Program-made: the position numbers and the translations under genes
NCBI GenBank assembly: GCA_002699085.1
Contig: PAAR01000028.1
Coordinates: forward strand, 80,588 to 144,587
Direction of reading: 5' to 3'
DNA: 64,000 nucleotides
DNA from: Micavibrio sp.
GTDB taxonomy: Bacteria > Pseudomonadota > Alphaproteobacteria > Micavibrionales > UBA9664
Notes under the pieces: generated by a model
The model's database searches: none
Seen by the model: only the letters and a program-made list of their open reading frames with translations
Told to the model about the DNA's origin: nothing
Shown here: positions 40,754-50,630 of the stretch, piece after piece
Position numbering within the stretch: the stretch's first letter is position 1
Layout of the letters: each line of letters begins with the position of its first letter

Positions 40754-41635
40754 TTATTTACTGTGCTTTTCTCTTAGCACAATCAATAGATTAGCTGCAA
40801 TGATAATCACTGCTGCAATCAGCGTTTCTATCGTAGGAATTTCTTTCCAGATAATATAACCAAGGATCGTTGCCCATATTAGGGAAAGATAGCGAAAAGG
40901 GGCGAGTAGAGAGGCATCACCCTTTTGATATGCGATGGTTTTGAATACTTGATTGCCTAAGCCTGTAACACAAAGCCCTGCAATACTTGCCGCTAGGGCT
41001 GTGTAGAGATGAATGCCTTGGATCAATACAGGCACAGCTAGAATTAAACTACCGATCAATAAGAAATAAAAGATCGTGGTCATGGCAGGTTCTCCAGCCT
41101 TGCCTAAAGAACGCAACATAATTTGAATGAAGGCAGCACCGACAGAGGCTATAATAGCCACACCCACGCCAAGGAGTGAGATATTGTCATGAGTGGAGTC
41201 TGAAATAGCTGGCCACGATAAAACAACCATGGCGATGAAACCTGCAATTACTGCTCCCCAGCGATAGATGCCAGCTTTTTCTTTTAAAAATAAAATGGAT
41301 AAAGCCAAGGTGAGAATAGGGACAATGAATAAAATCGTTGTGACCATCGCCAGAGGAATGAGGGCATATGACCAAAAGACGAGAACCACATCCATTGTAC
41401 CAACAATTGCTCGCCAGATTTGCCCTTTAAGACGTGTTGTTTTGAAAAGATGGAATTGCTTACTCAGTATAATCCATGCAGTAACAGCGATAAGAGCTGT
41501 GATGTTACGCAGAAATGTCACTTCTAAAGGACTATAATGCGGTGCTAAATCTTTGGCAAAAGCGCCCATCAAGACGATAGATATATCCGCTAATAAAATT
41601 GAAAATATCGCAAAATGAACACTGTTCTTAGGCAT
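40754..41635 (-). CDS. EamA/DMT-family transporter
   Basis: 293 aa with 10 predicted TM segments in two EamA halves. Confidence 0.75.
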   Translation of the reverse strand: MPKNSVHFAIFSILLADISIVLMGAFAKDLAPHYSPLEVTFLRNITALIAVTAWIILSKQFHLFKTTRLKGQIWRAIVGTMDVVLVFWSYALIPLAMVTTILFIVPILTLALSILFLKEKAGIYRWGAVIAGFIAMVVLSWPAISDSTHDNISLLGVGVAIIASVGAAFIQIMLRSLGKAGEPAMTTIFYFLLIGSLILAVPVLIQGIHLYTALAASIAGLCVTGLGNQVFKTIAYQKGDASLLAPFRYLSLIWATILGYIIWKEIPTIETLIAAVIIIAANLLIVLREKHSK

Positions 41636-41638
41636 GCG

Positions 41639-43204
41639 TTAATGCCTGAAATGACGGATATTTGTAAATACCATGGCGAGGTTACGTTCATTCGCTGCAG
41701 CAATAACTTCATCATCACGGATGGAGCCACCCGGTTGAATGACCGCTGTCACACCTGCTTCTGCCGCAGCGATTAAGCCATCGGCAAAAGGAAAGAAAGC
41801 GTCAGATGCCACTACCGCACCGATGGTGGGGTTGTCTTTCAAGCCTTCACGTTCAGCAATTTCAGACGCTTTGCGCACAGCAATGCGGGCGGAATCGAGG
41901 CGGCTCATTTGGCCTGCGCCGATACCGACAGTCGCTAAATCTTTGGCATAGATGATCGCATTAGATTTGACGTGTTTGGCGATGCGGAAAGCGAAAAGCA
42001 TGTCTTCTAGCTCTTGGGGGCTAGGCGCACGTTTTGTAACAGTTTTCAGCATGTCTTTTGTAACCTGCATGGTATCGGCATCTTGATAGAGAAAACCGCC
42101 AGCGATCGATTTTATAAAAGGACGCTTCTCAGACGGTTCAGCCATTGTGCCTGTCACTAATACACGCAAGTTTTTCTTCTTAGCAAGAACAGCTTTTGCA
42201 TCTTCTTCAATGCTAGGGGCGATAATGACTTCAGAGAAAATTTCTGTGATAAGAGTGGCTGCCTGTGCTGTTAATGGGCGGTTTAGAGCGATAATGCCAC
42301 CAAAGGCACTGACAGGGTCGCAACGGAATGCCGCCTTATAAGCTGTTTCAATATCTTTACCTGTAGCTACGCCGCAAGGATTAGCGTGTTTGATGATGGC
42401 TACAGCTGGCTCAATAAATTCGGAGACAAGCTCAAAGGCGGCATCAGTATCGTTGATATTATTATAGCTCAGCTCTTTGCCTTGTAATTGTGTGGCGGAT
42501 AAAACACCAGTGCGGTTTGAGCCGTCGGCATAGAGGGTAGCTGTTTGGTGGGGGTTTTCTCCGTAGCGTAATGTTTGTTTTGCGCTGCCTTTAATAGTGA
42601 CTGTTTGTGTATCACCAGCCAGCCATTCAGCGATCATCGCATCATAGGCGGCTGTTAAGGCAAAAGCTTTTTGCGCTAATTTTTTACGTGTTTCAAATGT
42701 AATGCCGCCTTTGTTTTCTTTAAGCTCTTTTAACACAAGAGCGTAATCATTGGGGTCAGTAATAATCGCAACATGAGCATGGTTTTTCGCGGCAGCTCTT
42801 AACATAGCAGGGCCACCAATATCAATGTTCTCGACACAGTCTTGGTAAGAACCACCTTTTTTAAGTGTTTCAGCAAATGGATAAAGATTGATAACGACGA
42901 TATCGATGCCATTAATATCATGTTCTTTCATTGCGGCCAAATGATCTGGCTTACTGCGGTCGGCCAAGATACCACCGTGAATTTTTGGATGCAGTGTTTT
43001 TACACGACCATTCATAATCTCTGGGAAGCCTGTTACATTGGCAACTTCGTTAACCTCTAAGCCTTTATCAGATAGTGTTTTATGTGTTCCGCCCGTTGAA
43101 AGAAGTGATATGCCAAAATCTTGTTGAAGGGCTTTTGCAAAATCGGCCAAACCTGCTTTGTCTGAAACGGAAAGCAGGGCAGTTTTTGGATGGAGCAATG
43201 TCAT
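41639..43204 (-). CDS. purH: bifunctional AICAR transformylase / IMP cyclohydrolase
   Basis: 521 aa. N-terminal MGS-like LLSVSDK...GGT and C-terminal FTNIRHFRH. Confidence 0.95.
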   Translation of the reverse strand: MTLLHPKTALLSVSDKAGLADFAKALQQDFGISLLSTGGTHKTLSDKGLEVNEVANVTGFPEIMNGRVKTLHPKIHGGILADRSKPDHLAAMKEHDINGIDIVVINLYPFAETLKKGGSYQDCVENIDIGGPAMLRAAAKNHAHVAIITDPNDYALVLKELKENKGGITFETRKKLAQKAFALTAAYDAMIAEWLAGDTQTVTIKGSAKQTLRYGENPHQTATLYADGSNRTGVLSATQLQGKELSYNNINDTDAAFELVSEFIEPAVAIIKHANPCGVATGKDIETAYKAAFRCDPVSAFGGIIALNRPLTAQAATLITEIFSEVIIAPSIEEDAKAVLAKKKNLRVLVTGTMAEPSEKRPFIKSIAGGFLYQDADTMQVTKDMLKTVTKRAPSPQELEDMLFAFRIAKHVKSNAIIYAKDLATVGIGAGQMSRLDSARIAVRKASEIAEREGLKDNPTIGAVVASDAFFPFADGLIAAAEAGVTAVIQPGGSIRDDEVIAAANERNLAMVFTNIRHFRH

Positions 43205-43206
43205 AT

Positions 43207-43854
43207 TTAGAAATCCGGATGGCTGATGTTAAAACGTAAACCGTCACTATGAGGTTCAATGTCAAGATTAAGGCCATAGCTTTCAGTAAAAGCACGGGTC
43301 ATGTAAGGGTGAATTGTACGTGGTGTGATAACTTCGGGGTCGGCTGTGCCTTCTAGTGCATCTTTATATTCGAGATTAACCATAAGGTCTTCGGAAATAA
43401 GATCTACCGTGAAATGTTTGTCAGATTTGTTTGGCGTTGTTGAAACTTTTATTGTCCCACCTTTAGGCAGCATATCTATGCCAATCATTAGTAAGTTAAG
43501 TAAGAGCTTGGCGTAACCACGTGGTAATTCACCATCATATTTTGGGCTATCTAATTGCCAGTCTAATTTTGCACGGAATTCACGAGAAAAATTCTCAAAG
43601 CAGGCTTTGATGTCAGCCAGTTTAATATGTGTTTCTCCACCACCAGAGGCGTAAGCAAGGCGGAAAAGTTGTAACTTATAGGCACCTTGTTTAGCAGAGT
43701 GCCCAATGAGTTGGACGGCTTCTTCACCAGCGTCAATGCCCATCTCTTGCCAAAATTCAACACCGTTATTAACGGCACTGATTGGCCCAACAAGGTCGTG
43801 GCAAATGCGTGAAGATAAAATTTCTAGGATTTTTGCAGTGATTGGATAATTCAT
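43207..43854 (-). CDS. chpT: histidine phosphotransferase ChpT (CckA-CtrA relay)
   Basis: 215 aa. [22 protein letters not shown] matches the ChpT/HisKA-like phospho-His helix. Confidence 0.7.
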   Translation of the reverse strand: MNYPITAKILEILSSRICHDLVGPISAVNNGVEFWQEMGIDAGEEAVQLIGHSAKQGAYKLQLFRLAYASGGGETHIKLADIKACFENFSREFRAKLDWQLDSPKYDGELPRGYAKLLLNLLMIGIDMLPKGGTIKVSTTPNKSDKHFTVDLISEDLMVNLEYKDALEGTADPEVITPRTIHPYMTRAFTESYGLNLDIEPHSDGLRFNISHPDF

Positions 43855-43866
43855 CCCAGTATTTGA

Positions 43867-45285
43867 CTAGGCAATAGCGTTAGAGTCAAGACCCACTGTT
43901 TCAAGCGCTGCTTTAAGGCTATTTTTAAGGGCCGTCATGGCATTCTCTGAAAAAGCTTCCAAACGAATAACTAAACAGTTTTGTGTATTTGAGGCACGCA
44001 CAAGCCACCAGCCATTACTGTCTGTATAGCGCAGACCATCAATAGTAATAAGGTTTACATCGTCACTATCGGCATGTTTTTTCAGGAGGTTATTTTTAAT
44101 AGACTCGGCCAAAGCCATTTTATCTTCTTCTGGTACCTCAACACGAAATTCAGGTGTGCTGATAAGCTCCGGCAAATGGGTGAAATAGTCACTTAATTTT
44201 TTGTCACTCGTGCCAAGGATCGTTAATAATCTTAGGCCGCAATATAACGCATCATCGAAACCGTAATAATGATCTGCGAAGAAAATATGGCCGCTCAATT
44301 CGCCTGCGAGCGGTGCTTTCTGTTCAATCATTTTGGCTTTAACGAGAGAGTGGCCTGTGTTCCACATAATAGGCTTGCCGCCCAAGCGGGCAATTTCATC
44401 AAACATGACTTGTGAGCATTTGACATCACCAATAATGGCGGCATTTGGACGTTTTTCTATGACGTCTTTTGCGTAAAGCGTGATGAGGCGATCGCATCGT
44501 AAAATTGTACCGTTCTCATCCACAGCACCAATACGGTCGCCATCACCATCAAAAGCGATACCTAAATCAGCATGATGCTCTTTAACCGCCTCAATCAGGT
44601 CTTGAAGATTTTTATCGACCGTTGGGTCTGGGTGGTGATTGGGGAAATTCCCATCGATATCACCGAATAAAACGATATGTTCACCCGGTAGTTTTTTTAC
44701 CATTTTTTGTAAGATATCGGCTGTCGCACCATTGCCTGCATCCCAGATAACTTTTAAATCTTTACCTTCTGGCCAAGAGAAGTCAGCGAGTAATCTGTTT
44801 AAGTAAATATTTTCAACATTCAGCGCTTCTTCATGGCCTGGTTTCATAGCGATCGTGTATTCGCCTTTAGCAACGGCTTTGCCTAGATCTTGAATAGCTT
44901 GCCCATAAAAGCCTTTGTTCTGGAATAGCATTTTAAAGCCGTTATAGGTTGAGGGGTTGTGCGAGCCTGTAATCATAATGCCGGCATCAAAGCCACGATC
45001 TTTTACCGTAAAATAAACCATTGGGCTGGGGCCAAGGCCAATATTTGTCACGTTGCAACCTGTCTTCAAAAGACCTGCTGTAAGAGCTTTAGCATATATG
45101 GGTGAGCTTTCTCTGCCATCATAGCCGATACAGATTGAACGACCACCTTGCTCACGTAAAACAGAACCAAAACCTAAGCCTAGATAGAAGGCGTCTTGTT
45201 CGGTAAGGGTGTTATCAACAAGGCCTCGAATATCGTATTCACGCAAAATAGAGGAGTCGAACTGATGGGGTTCAAGTGGGAACAT
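43867..45285 (-). CDS. phosphomannomutase/phosphoglucomutase
   Basis: Active-site TGSHNP and the DGDGDR Mg site. The start is taken at the internal Met (45285), which has SD AAGGA and avoids overlap with galU. The ORF-track start is 45336. Confidence 0.9.
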   Translation of the reverse strand: MFPLEPHQFDSSILREYDIRGLVDNTLTEQDAFYLGLGFGSVLREQGGRSICIGYDGRESSPIYAKALTAGLLKTGCNVTNIGLGPSPMVYFTVKDRGFDAGIMITGSHNPSTYNGFKMLFQNKGFYGQAIQDLGKAVAKGEYTIAMKPGHEEALNVENIYLNRLLADFSWPEGKDLKVIWDAGNGATADILQKMVKKLPGEHIVLFGDIDGNFPNHHPDPTVDKNLQDLIEAVKEHHADLGIAFDGDGDRIGAVDENGTILRCDRLITLYAKDVIEKRPNAAIIGDVKCSQVMFDEIARLGGKPIMWNTGHSLVKAKMIEQKAPLAGELSGHIFFADHYYGFDDALYCGLRLLTILGTSDKKLSDYFTHLPELISTPEFRVEVPEEDKMALAESIKNNLLKKHADSDDVNLITIDGLRYTDSNGWWLVRASNTQNCLVIRLEAFSENAMTALKNSLKAALETVGLDSNAIA

Positions 45286-45295
45286 TTTTTGTCCT

Positions 45296-46180
45296 TTAAA
45301 GGTAATTTTTAAGAATTTCACGCATTTCAGGGCCAAATTTTGGGTCTTGAAGAGCGAAGGCTATATTAGCTTCTATAAAGCCGATATGGTGGCCACAATC
45401 ATAGTGTTTACCGTTGAGAGTCATTGAGGTGAAGTCTTGAGATTTAAGCAATGTTTGCATGGCATCGGTTAACTGAATTTCACCGCCAGCACCTTGTTTT
45501 TGTCCTTCAAGAATATCAAAAATCTCTGGTTGTAAAATATAACGGCCTAGAATGGATAGATTAGAAGGCGCGTCTTCTGGTTTTGGTTTTTCAACCATCG
45601 CTTTGATCGGTGAAACAGCGTTGCTTGGGCTTTCCACATCTAAGATCCCATATTTATAAGTAACTTCATTCGGTACTTCTGCTGCGGCGATAACATTGCC
45701 ACCTGTTTTGCTGTAAACATCAATCATTTGCTTCATGCAGCCGCCTTGATTGCTGAGCGTCATAACATCGACGAGAAACAAAGCAAAAGGTTCGTCACCG
45801 ACGAGTTTGCGAGCACACCAGACAGCATGACCTAATCCTAAAGCTTTCTGTTGTACCGTGGTCATTAATGTACCAGATGGTAAATCGCTATGGCTAAGGC
45901 GTTCAAGAAGGTCTGTTTTGTTTTTGTTGGTAAGTGCTTCAACCATTTCAGGCTGTAATTCAAAATGTTCTGTGATGAGCGATTTGTTACGGCCTGTCAC
46001 AAAAATAAACTCTTCGATCCCCGCCTCTTGTGCTTCTTCAACAGCCCGCTGAATAAGTGGTCTATCGACTAAAGGTAACATCTCTTTAGGCATTACTTTT
46101 GTCGCAGGTAAAAAGCGTGTACCGAGCCCTGCAACTGGGAAGACGGCTTTTTTGACAGGTTTATGTTTTGTAATTGTCAT
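45296..46180 (-). CDS. galU: UTP--glucose-1-phosphate uridylyltransferase
   Basis: 294 aa. VFPVAGLGTRFLPATK and VEKP motifs. Confidence 0.9.
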   Translation of the reverse strand: MTITKHKPVKKAVFPVAGLGTRFLPATKVMPKEMLPLVDRPLIQRAVEEAQEAGIEEFIFVTGRNKSLITEHFELQPEMVEALTNKNKTDLLERLSHSDLPSGTLMTTVQQKALGLGHAVWCARKLVGDEPFALFLVDVMTLSNQGGCMKQMIDVYSKTGGNVIAAAEVPNEVTYKYGILDVESPSNAVSPIKAMVEKPKPEDAPSNLSILGRYILQPEIFDILEGQKQGAGGEIQLTDAMQTLLKSQDFTSMTLNGKHYDCGHHIGFIEANIAFALQDPKFGPEMREILKNYL

Positions 46181-46211
46181 GGCACTTTCATGGCATATTA
46201 AAAGAAAAGAC

Positions 46212-46523
46212 TCAAGTTTCTTTATTATCGTTATCGTCGTCTTTTATTTCTGCTTCTCCAAGGTCGATAACATCTGTTGGTGGTTTTGAAGGAAAGTATT
46301 TTTGGCGTAGCCAATTAGCAATAAAGGGCGATACAACGCCGAGTAAGGCGAGTGCAGCAGGTAGGCGTCCTGTTACGGATAGAAATAATAAGGCTACTGC
46401 AAAAATAATAAAGCTAGCCGTTTTAAAAGCGGCGGTGATTTGTTCTTTTGTGGCGACCATGAAAAATCTGTATAGAGCATAAACTCCTATAAGGCAGCCA
46501 AAGATAAGAATAAAATAAACCAT
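46212..46523 (-). CDS. small membrane protein with acidic C-terminal tail
   Basis: 103 aa with 3 hydrophobic segments. No family recognised. Confidence 0.4.
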   Translation of the reverse strand: MVYFILIFGCLIGVYALYRFFMVATKEQITAAFKTASFIIFAVALLFLSVTGRLPAALALLGVVSPFIANWLRQKYFPSKPPTDVIDLGEAEIKDDDNDNKET

Positions 46524-46576
46524 AAATAAAGTTTTACTGGATATTGTTTTGTAATTCCACTAAAACTCTCCACACT

Positions 46577-47347
46577 ATGACAAACACTGCAATTTTATAT
46601 AATGGTTTTGGGACGTATCAATCGAGCGTAAGTGCGTGGCAGAAAGTCTTAACACAGCGTGGGTATAAGACTCTTCAGCGTGCAGGCAAGGATTTTGCTA
46701 TAGCTGTGCATTGTCATCCTCATTCATTAGTCGTTATCCCAGGTGGACATAGTCGTTTTTTTAAACAAGATCTAGGTGAGTCAGGTGCAGAAGCTCTTAA
46801 AACACATGTTCATGCAGGTGGCTTAACGTTAGCGGTATGTGGTGGTTTGTATTATTTAACCCGTAATATCCGTTTTGTCATTCAGCGTGATGGGGTTGAT
46901 GAAATATTACAAAACACAGGTATAGAATGTATTGCAGCAGATAGTTTTAACCAAGAAGCCTACCAGTCATCGGGTGCAGGGACAGCTTCTTTTGTGCCGC
47001 TTCAAACAAAGGATGGTCTTGTTTATACTTATTACAACGGTGGGCCACGTATAAAATATGATAAAGAGCATCTTCCTTTTGCTTTAGCCCGCTTCCAAGA
47101 TGACTATGAAGCCGTTATGTCTTTGGCAATTGGTAGGGGAATGGTAATAGGTTTGTCTGTGCATCCTGAGTTTTCTATGGAAAATTTACCAGATAGTTTG
47201 CAAGGGGCTGTGCTAACAGAAGAAGAGCAATGTTTGAAAACAAGGCTCATGCGTATTGAGGGAGATCATAAGACATTATTGAATCGGATTTTTGATCTCG
47301 TTGAGACAAAACAGAGAAGGCTTGCGCAAGGTCTTCACCTCACTTAA
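46577..47347 (+). CDS. class-I glutamine-amidotransferase-like (BPL_N-type) protein, tentative
   Basis: VVIPGGHS...HAGGLTLAVCGGLYYL resembles the GATase1-like nucleophile elbow. The start is taken at ATG 46577; the ORF-track TTG is at 46544. Confidence 0.4.
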   Translation: MTNTAILYNGFGTYQSSVSAWQKVLTQRGYKTLQRAGKDFAIAVHCHPHSLVVIPGGHSRFFKQDLGESGAEALKTHVHAGGLTLAVCGGLYYLTRNIRFVIQRDGVDEILQNTGIECIAADSFNQEAYQSSGAGTASFVPLQTKDGLVYTYYNGGPRIKYDKEHLPFALARFQDDYEAVMSLAIGRGMVIGLSVHPEFSMENLPDSLQGAVLTEEEQCLKTRLMRIEGDHKTLLNRIFDLVETKQRRLAQGLHLT

Positions 47348-47356
47348 TCTTGTGGG

Positions 47357-49120
47357 ATGAATAAAATATCTTCTTTAAGAGATCAAATGACTCGGCACGG
47401 CGTGGACGGTTATTACATACCTATGGCCGATGCACATCAAAATGAATACCCATCAGAATCTGCTTTAAGATTACGTTGGCTCACAGCGTTTACAGGGAGC
47501 GCAGGGTACTGTGTTGTTTTAAAGAAAAAGGCGGCGGTATTTGTTGATGGCCGTTATACCTTGCAGGCAAAGAAACAGTTAGATGCGAGCCTCTTTAAAC
47601 AAGAAGATTATACGAAGACCCCACCCATTGATTGGGCAATTGAATCTTTGAATAAAGGTGACGTACTCGGCTATGATCCAACATTATTAACAATTAGGCA
47701 GCAACGTACTTATGAGAAGAAGTGCCAAGAAAAAAATATTGCGTTTAAGGCGATTGCTGAAAATCTGATTGATGAAATTTGGCAAGATCAGCCAGCATTG
47801 CCTTCAACCGATGTTTTTTCTTTAGAGGTCTCATTGGTTGGTCAAACGACTGAACAAAAAATAAAAGCAGTGGCTGATGCTGTAAAAGCTGATTATTTAT
47901 TGATATCAGCACTGGATAGCATTGCGTGGCTTACTAATATGCGGGCAAGTGATATTCATGCATCACCTGTGTTTTTGAGTTATGCAATCTTGGATGTCTC
48001 TCATAAAATCATACATCTTTTCACCGATGAAAACCGTTTCTCGCAAACGCTAAAATCCAAAATATCAAAAACCATTAAATTACATGAATACAATGGATTA
48101 GAAGATTTTATTGAAAGATTATCTGATAAAAAAACAATAGCATTGGACATTAATGAAACCTCGTCTTGGTGTGAGAATGCTTGTCGTCAATCAGGGTTGT
48201 CCATTGAAGAGATAACCAATCCCATTGCTTTGAAAAAAGCGTGTAAAAACAAAGAGGAGCAAGATTCTATTAAAACGGCTCACGAGCTAGACGGGGCTGC
48301 TTTATCTAAGTTTTTTGCATGGTTTGATGAAGTGCAAAATAAGCAAGATATGACAGAGACATCTGTTGAAGAAGTGCTTTATAATTTTCGTGCAGAAGCT
48401 AATAGCTTTCAAGGTGTGTCTTTCGACCCCATCTCTGGATTTGCTGAAAATGGTGCTGTTATTCATTATCGAGCCGTTGAAAAGACAGCGCTCAAGATTG
48501 AAGGCAACGGACTTTATCTGCTTGATTCTGGTGGGCAATATATATACGGCACGACCGACTTGACCCGTGTTGTCGTTGTTGGCACGCCGACGCAAGAGAT
48601 GATTGAGGCCTATACATTGGTGCTTAAAGGGCATATTGCTTTGGCTTCTGCCGTATTTCCTGAAGGGACAAATGGCGCACAATTAGATGTGCTGGCTCGT
48701 CAATATTTATGGGCAAAAGGGATGGATTATGCTCATGGTACAGGACACGGTGTCGGCATGTTCTTAAATGTCCATGAAGGCCCTGCGGGTATTTCACCAA
48801 GGAGTTTAGAGCCGATAAAGGCGGGTATGTTGCTGTCAAATGAGCCCGGGTATTATAAAGAGGGTGAGTATGGCATACGCATTGAAAACCTTGTTCTGGT
48901 AAAAGAAACAGGAGATATTCTTGAAGATGGTCGAAAGACTCTATGTTTCGAGACTGTAAGTCTTGTGCCATTTGATCGTCGTTTGATTGATACAGCTTTG
49001 TTGAATGACATGGAAATTAAGTGGATCAATGAATACCACGCAAATGTAAAAGAAAAGATACTGCCTCAATTAAAAGAAGAGGCTGCAAATTGGCTTATAG
49101 AGAATACTAAGGCTTTGTGA
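47357..49120 (+). CDS. pepP: Xaa-Pro aminopeptidase (M24B, long form)
   Basis: 587 aa. Metal-ligand motifs YLLDSGGQY, HGTGHGVG and SNEPGYY. Confidence 0.85.
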   Translation: MNKISSLRDQMTRHGVDGYYIPMADAHQNEYPSESALRLRWLTAFTGSAGYCVVLKKKAAVFVDGRYTLQAKKQLDASLFKQEDYTKTPPIDWAIESLNKGDVLGYDPTLLTIRQQRTYEKKCQEKNIAFKAIAENLIDEIWQDQPALPSTDVFSLEVSLVGQTTEQKIKAVADAVKADYLLISALDSIAWLTNMRASDIHASPVFLSYAILDVSHKIIHLFTDENRFSQTLKSKISKTIKLHEYNGLEDFIERLSDKKTIALDINETSSWCENACRQSGLSIEEITNPIALKKACKNKEEQDSIKTAHELDGAALSKFFAWFDEVQNKQDMTETSVEEVLYNFRAEANSFQGVSFDPISGFAENGAVIHYRAVEKTALKIEGNGLYLLDSGGQYIYGTTDLTRVVVVGTPTQEMIEAYTLVLKGHIALASAVFPEGTNGAQLDVLARQYLWAKGMDYAHGTGHGVGMFLNVHEGPAGISPRSLEPIKAGMLLSNEPGYYKEGEYGIRIENLVLVKETGDILEDGRKTLCFETVSLVPFDRRLIDTALLNDMEIKWINEYHANVKEKILPQLKEEAANWLIENTKAL

Positions 49121-49132
49121 TAAAATAGATGC

Positions 49133-49828
49133 ATGGCTAAGAACAAATATACTGTCGAGCAAAAACAATTCTCAAATATGAGCTTTAATGATGGCTCTAT
49201 TCAGATTCTACAATTAGCTTTATTTATGATGCTGTTGGCATTTTTTATTGTGCTAACATCCACATCGAACTATGAAAAAACACGGGTGCAGCCGGTTATA
49301 CAAAGTCTGTATAAGGCTTTTTATTCAGAAAAAGCACCGCGCATCAAAACAGAAATTACCGAGCAAAAGCCGATTGATGAAATTACAACTTACTTGGAGC
49401 GTGAGCAGGCTATTGAGTACCTTACACGTCTATTTAAATCCGAATTACCTTCTTTAACGCTAAAAACGAATAGTGATTTAGGTGTGATGCAAGCTTATTT
49501 TGATCGCAGCACATTTGAAACGCAGATAAAATCTAAACAATCGACCGTTATTGATAAAGTGATTGCAGGGCTAATCTATATTCAACAAACAGAAAAACCG
49601 TATTCCATGGAAATTACGTTGCGTCAGAACAACGATGAAACAGAAGCCCAAAGGATTAATAAGATCAACTTATTAGAAGATTATGTTCAGATTTTATCTC
49701 GTCGTGGACTTTTACCTAAACTGCTCGTGATTTCTCTGTCTAATCAGATCAAGGATGATGTTGTGTTGACCTTTAAGCCTTATTTCAAATTCGCGCCTAA
49801 GCAAATTGAAAAAAGGGGCGAAAATTGA
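49133..49828 (+). CDS. MotB-like membrane protein lacking the TM aspartate, with a degenerate OmpA-like C-terminus
   Basis: 231 aa. The TM segment LQLALFMMLLAFFIVL aligns to the MotB TM but has Ala where MotB has the conserved Asp. The stop overlaps the next start (ATGA). Confidence 0.5.
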   Translation: MAKNKYTVEQKQFSNMSFNDGSIQILQLALFMMLLAFFIVLTSTSNYEKTRVQPVIQSLYKAFYSEKAPRIKTEITEQKPIDEITTYLEREQAIEYLTRLFKSELPSLTLKTNSDLGVMQAYFDRSTFETQIKSKQSTVIDKVIAGLIYIQQTEKPYSMEITLRQNNDETEAQRINKINLLEDYVQILSRRGLLPKLLVISLSNQIKDDVVLTFKPYFKFAPKQIEKRGEN

Positions 49829-50610
49829 TGGAACAATTAGAAGAAGATATCCGTTATGCCTACCAAGTCCGCAGCCTTAGCGATGAATCAGACACATCGC
49901 AAGGTAGTAAAGTGTGGTTGGTAACCTTTACGGATACCATGGCACTTATGCTGACATTTTTTGTGATGATGTTTGCGATGGGACAGCCTAAACGTGAGTA
50001 TTGGACAGATATGGCTACCGCACTGAATACTGAGTTTCAAACACCAGAGCTAAATTTACGGCAGCTAGGCCCAGTCAATGCCATTAATCTTGATCGAGTT
50101 GATTTTAATAGAGCTTTAGATGTTGATTATTTAGAAGGGGTATTTTCTGAGACATTTAATGCGAGTGAAGTCTTTTCTCATGCTATTATCAGTAAAACAG
50201 ATGAGGCAGTGATTCTCTCATTTCCAGAAGAATTTCTTTTTCAAGCGGGAAGTGAGACCTTAACGAAGGATGCTGACCAGCTTGTTGTGGAGTTAGCCAG
50301 AATGCTTTCACAAATAAAAAATGCGATTATTATTCACGGGCATTCCGACCCTGTACCTGTTTCAGGTAAGGGGAAATTCCGTTCAAACTGGGGGTTATCA
50401 CTGATGCGTGCTGAAAAATTTGCTGAGGCGTTGCGCGCTGGCGGCTATACACGGGATGTGTTTGTAAGAGGTTTTGGAGATAGCCAATATGATTTACTTG
50501 AGGACAGTCTTGCGCAAGAGGATCGTTATGCTTTATCTCGGCGTGTAGATATTCTAATCTTAGATAATAAAGGAACAGTGGTTGATCCAATCACTGTTTT
50601 ATCTGAGTAA
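49825..50610 (+). CDS. motB: MotB/OmpA-family protein (stator-B-like)
   Basis: 261 aa. WLVTFTDTMALMLTFFVMMF with Asp37 at the MotB proton-site position. OmpA-like C-terminus HGHSD...SNWGLSLMRAEKFAEAL...SRRVDILIL. Confidence 0.7.
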   Translation: MMEQLEEDIRYAYQVRSLSDESDTSQGSKVWLVTFTDTMALMLTFFVMMFAMGQPKREYWTDMATALNTEFQTPELNLRQLGPVNAINLDRVDFNRALDVDYLEGVFSETFNASEVFSHAIISKTDEAVILSFPEEFLFQAGSETLTKDADQLVVELARMLSQIKNAIIIHGHSDPVPVSGKGKFRSNWGLSLMRAEKFAEALRAGGYTRDVFVRGFGDSQYDLLEDSLAQEDRYALSRRVDILILDNKGTVVDPITVLSE

Positions 50611-50630
50611 TGATATCTGAGAATTAAATA

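Noticed and set aside
49133-50610. MotB-like genes considered as the ZorB component of a Zorya-type defence system.
   Set aside because: No ZorA/MotA-like gene, no ZorC/ZorD-like helicase or nuclease, and no mobile or defence context. The neighbours are pepP and trxB.
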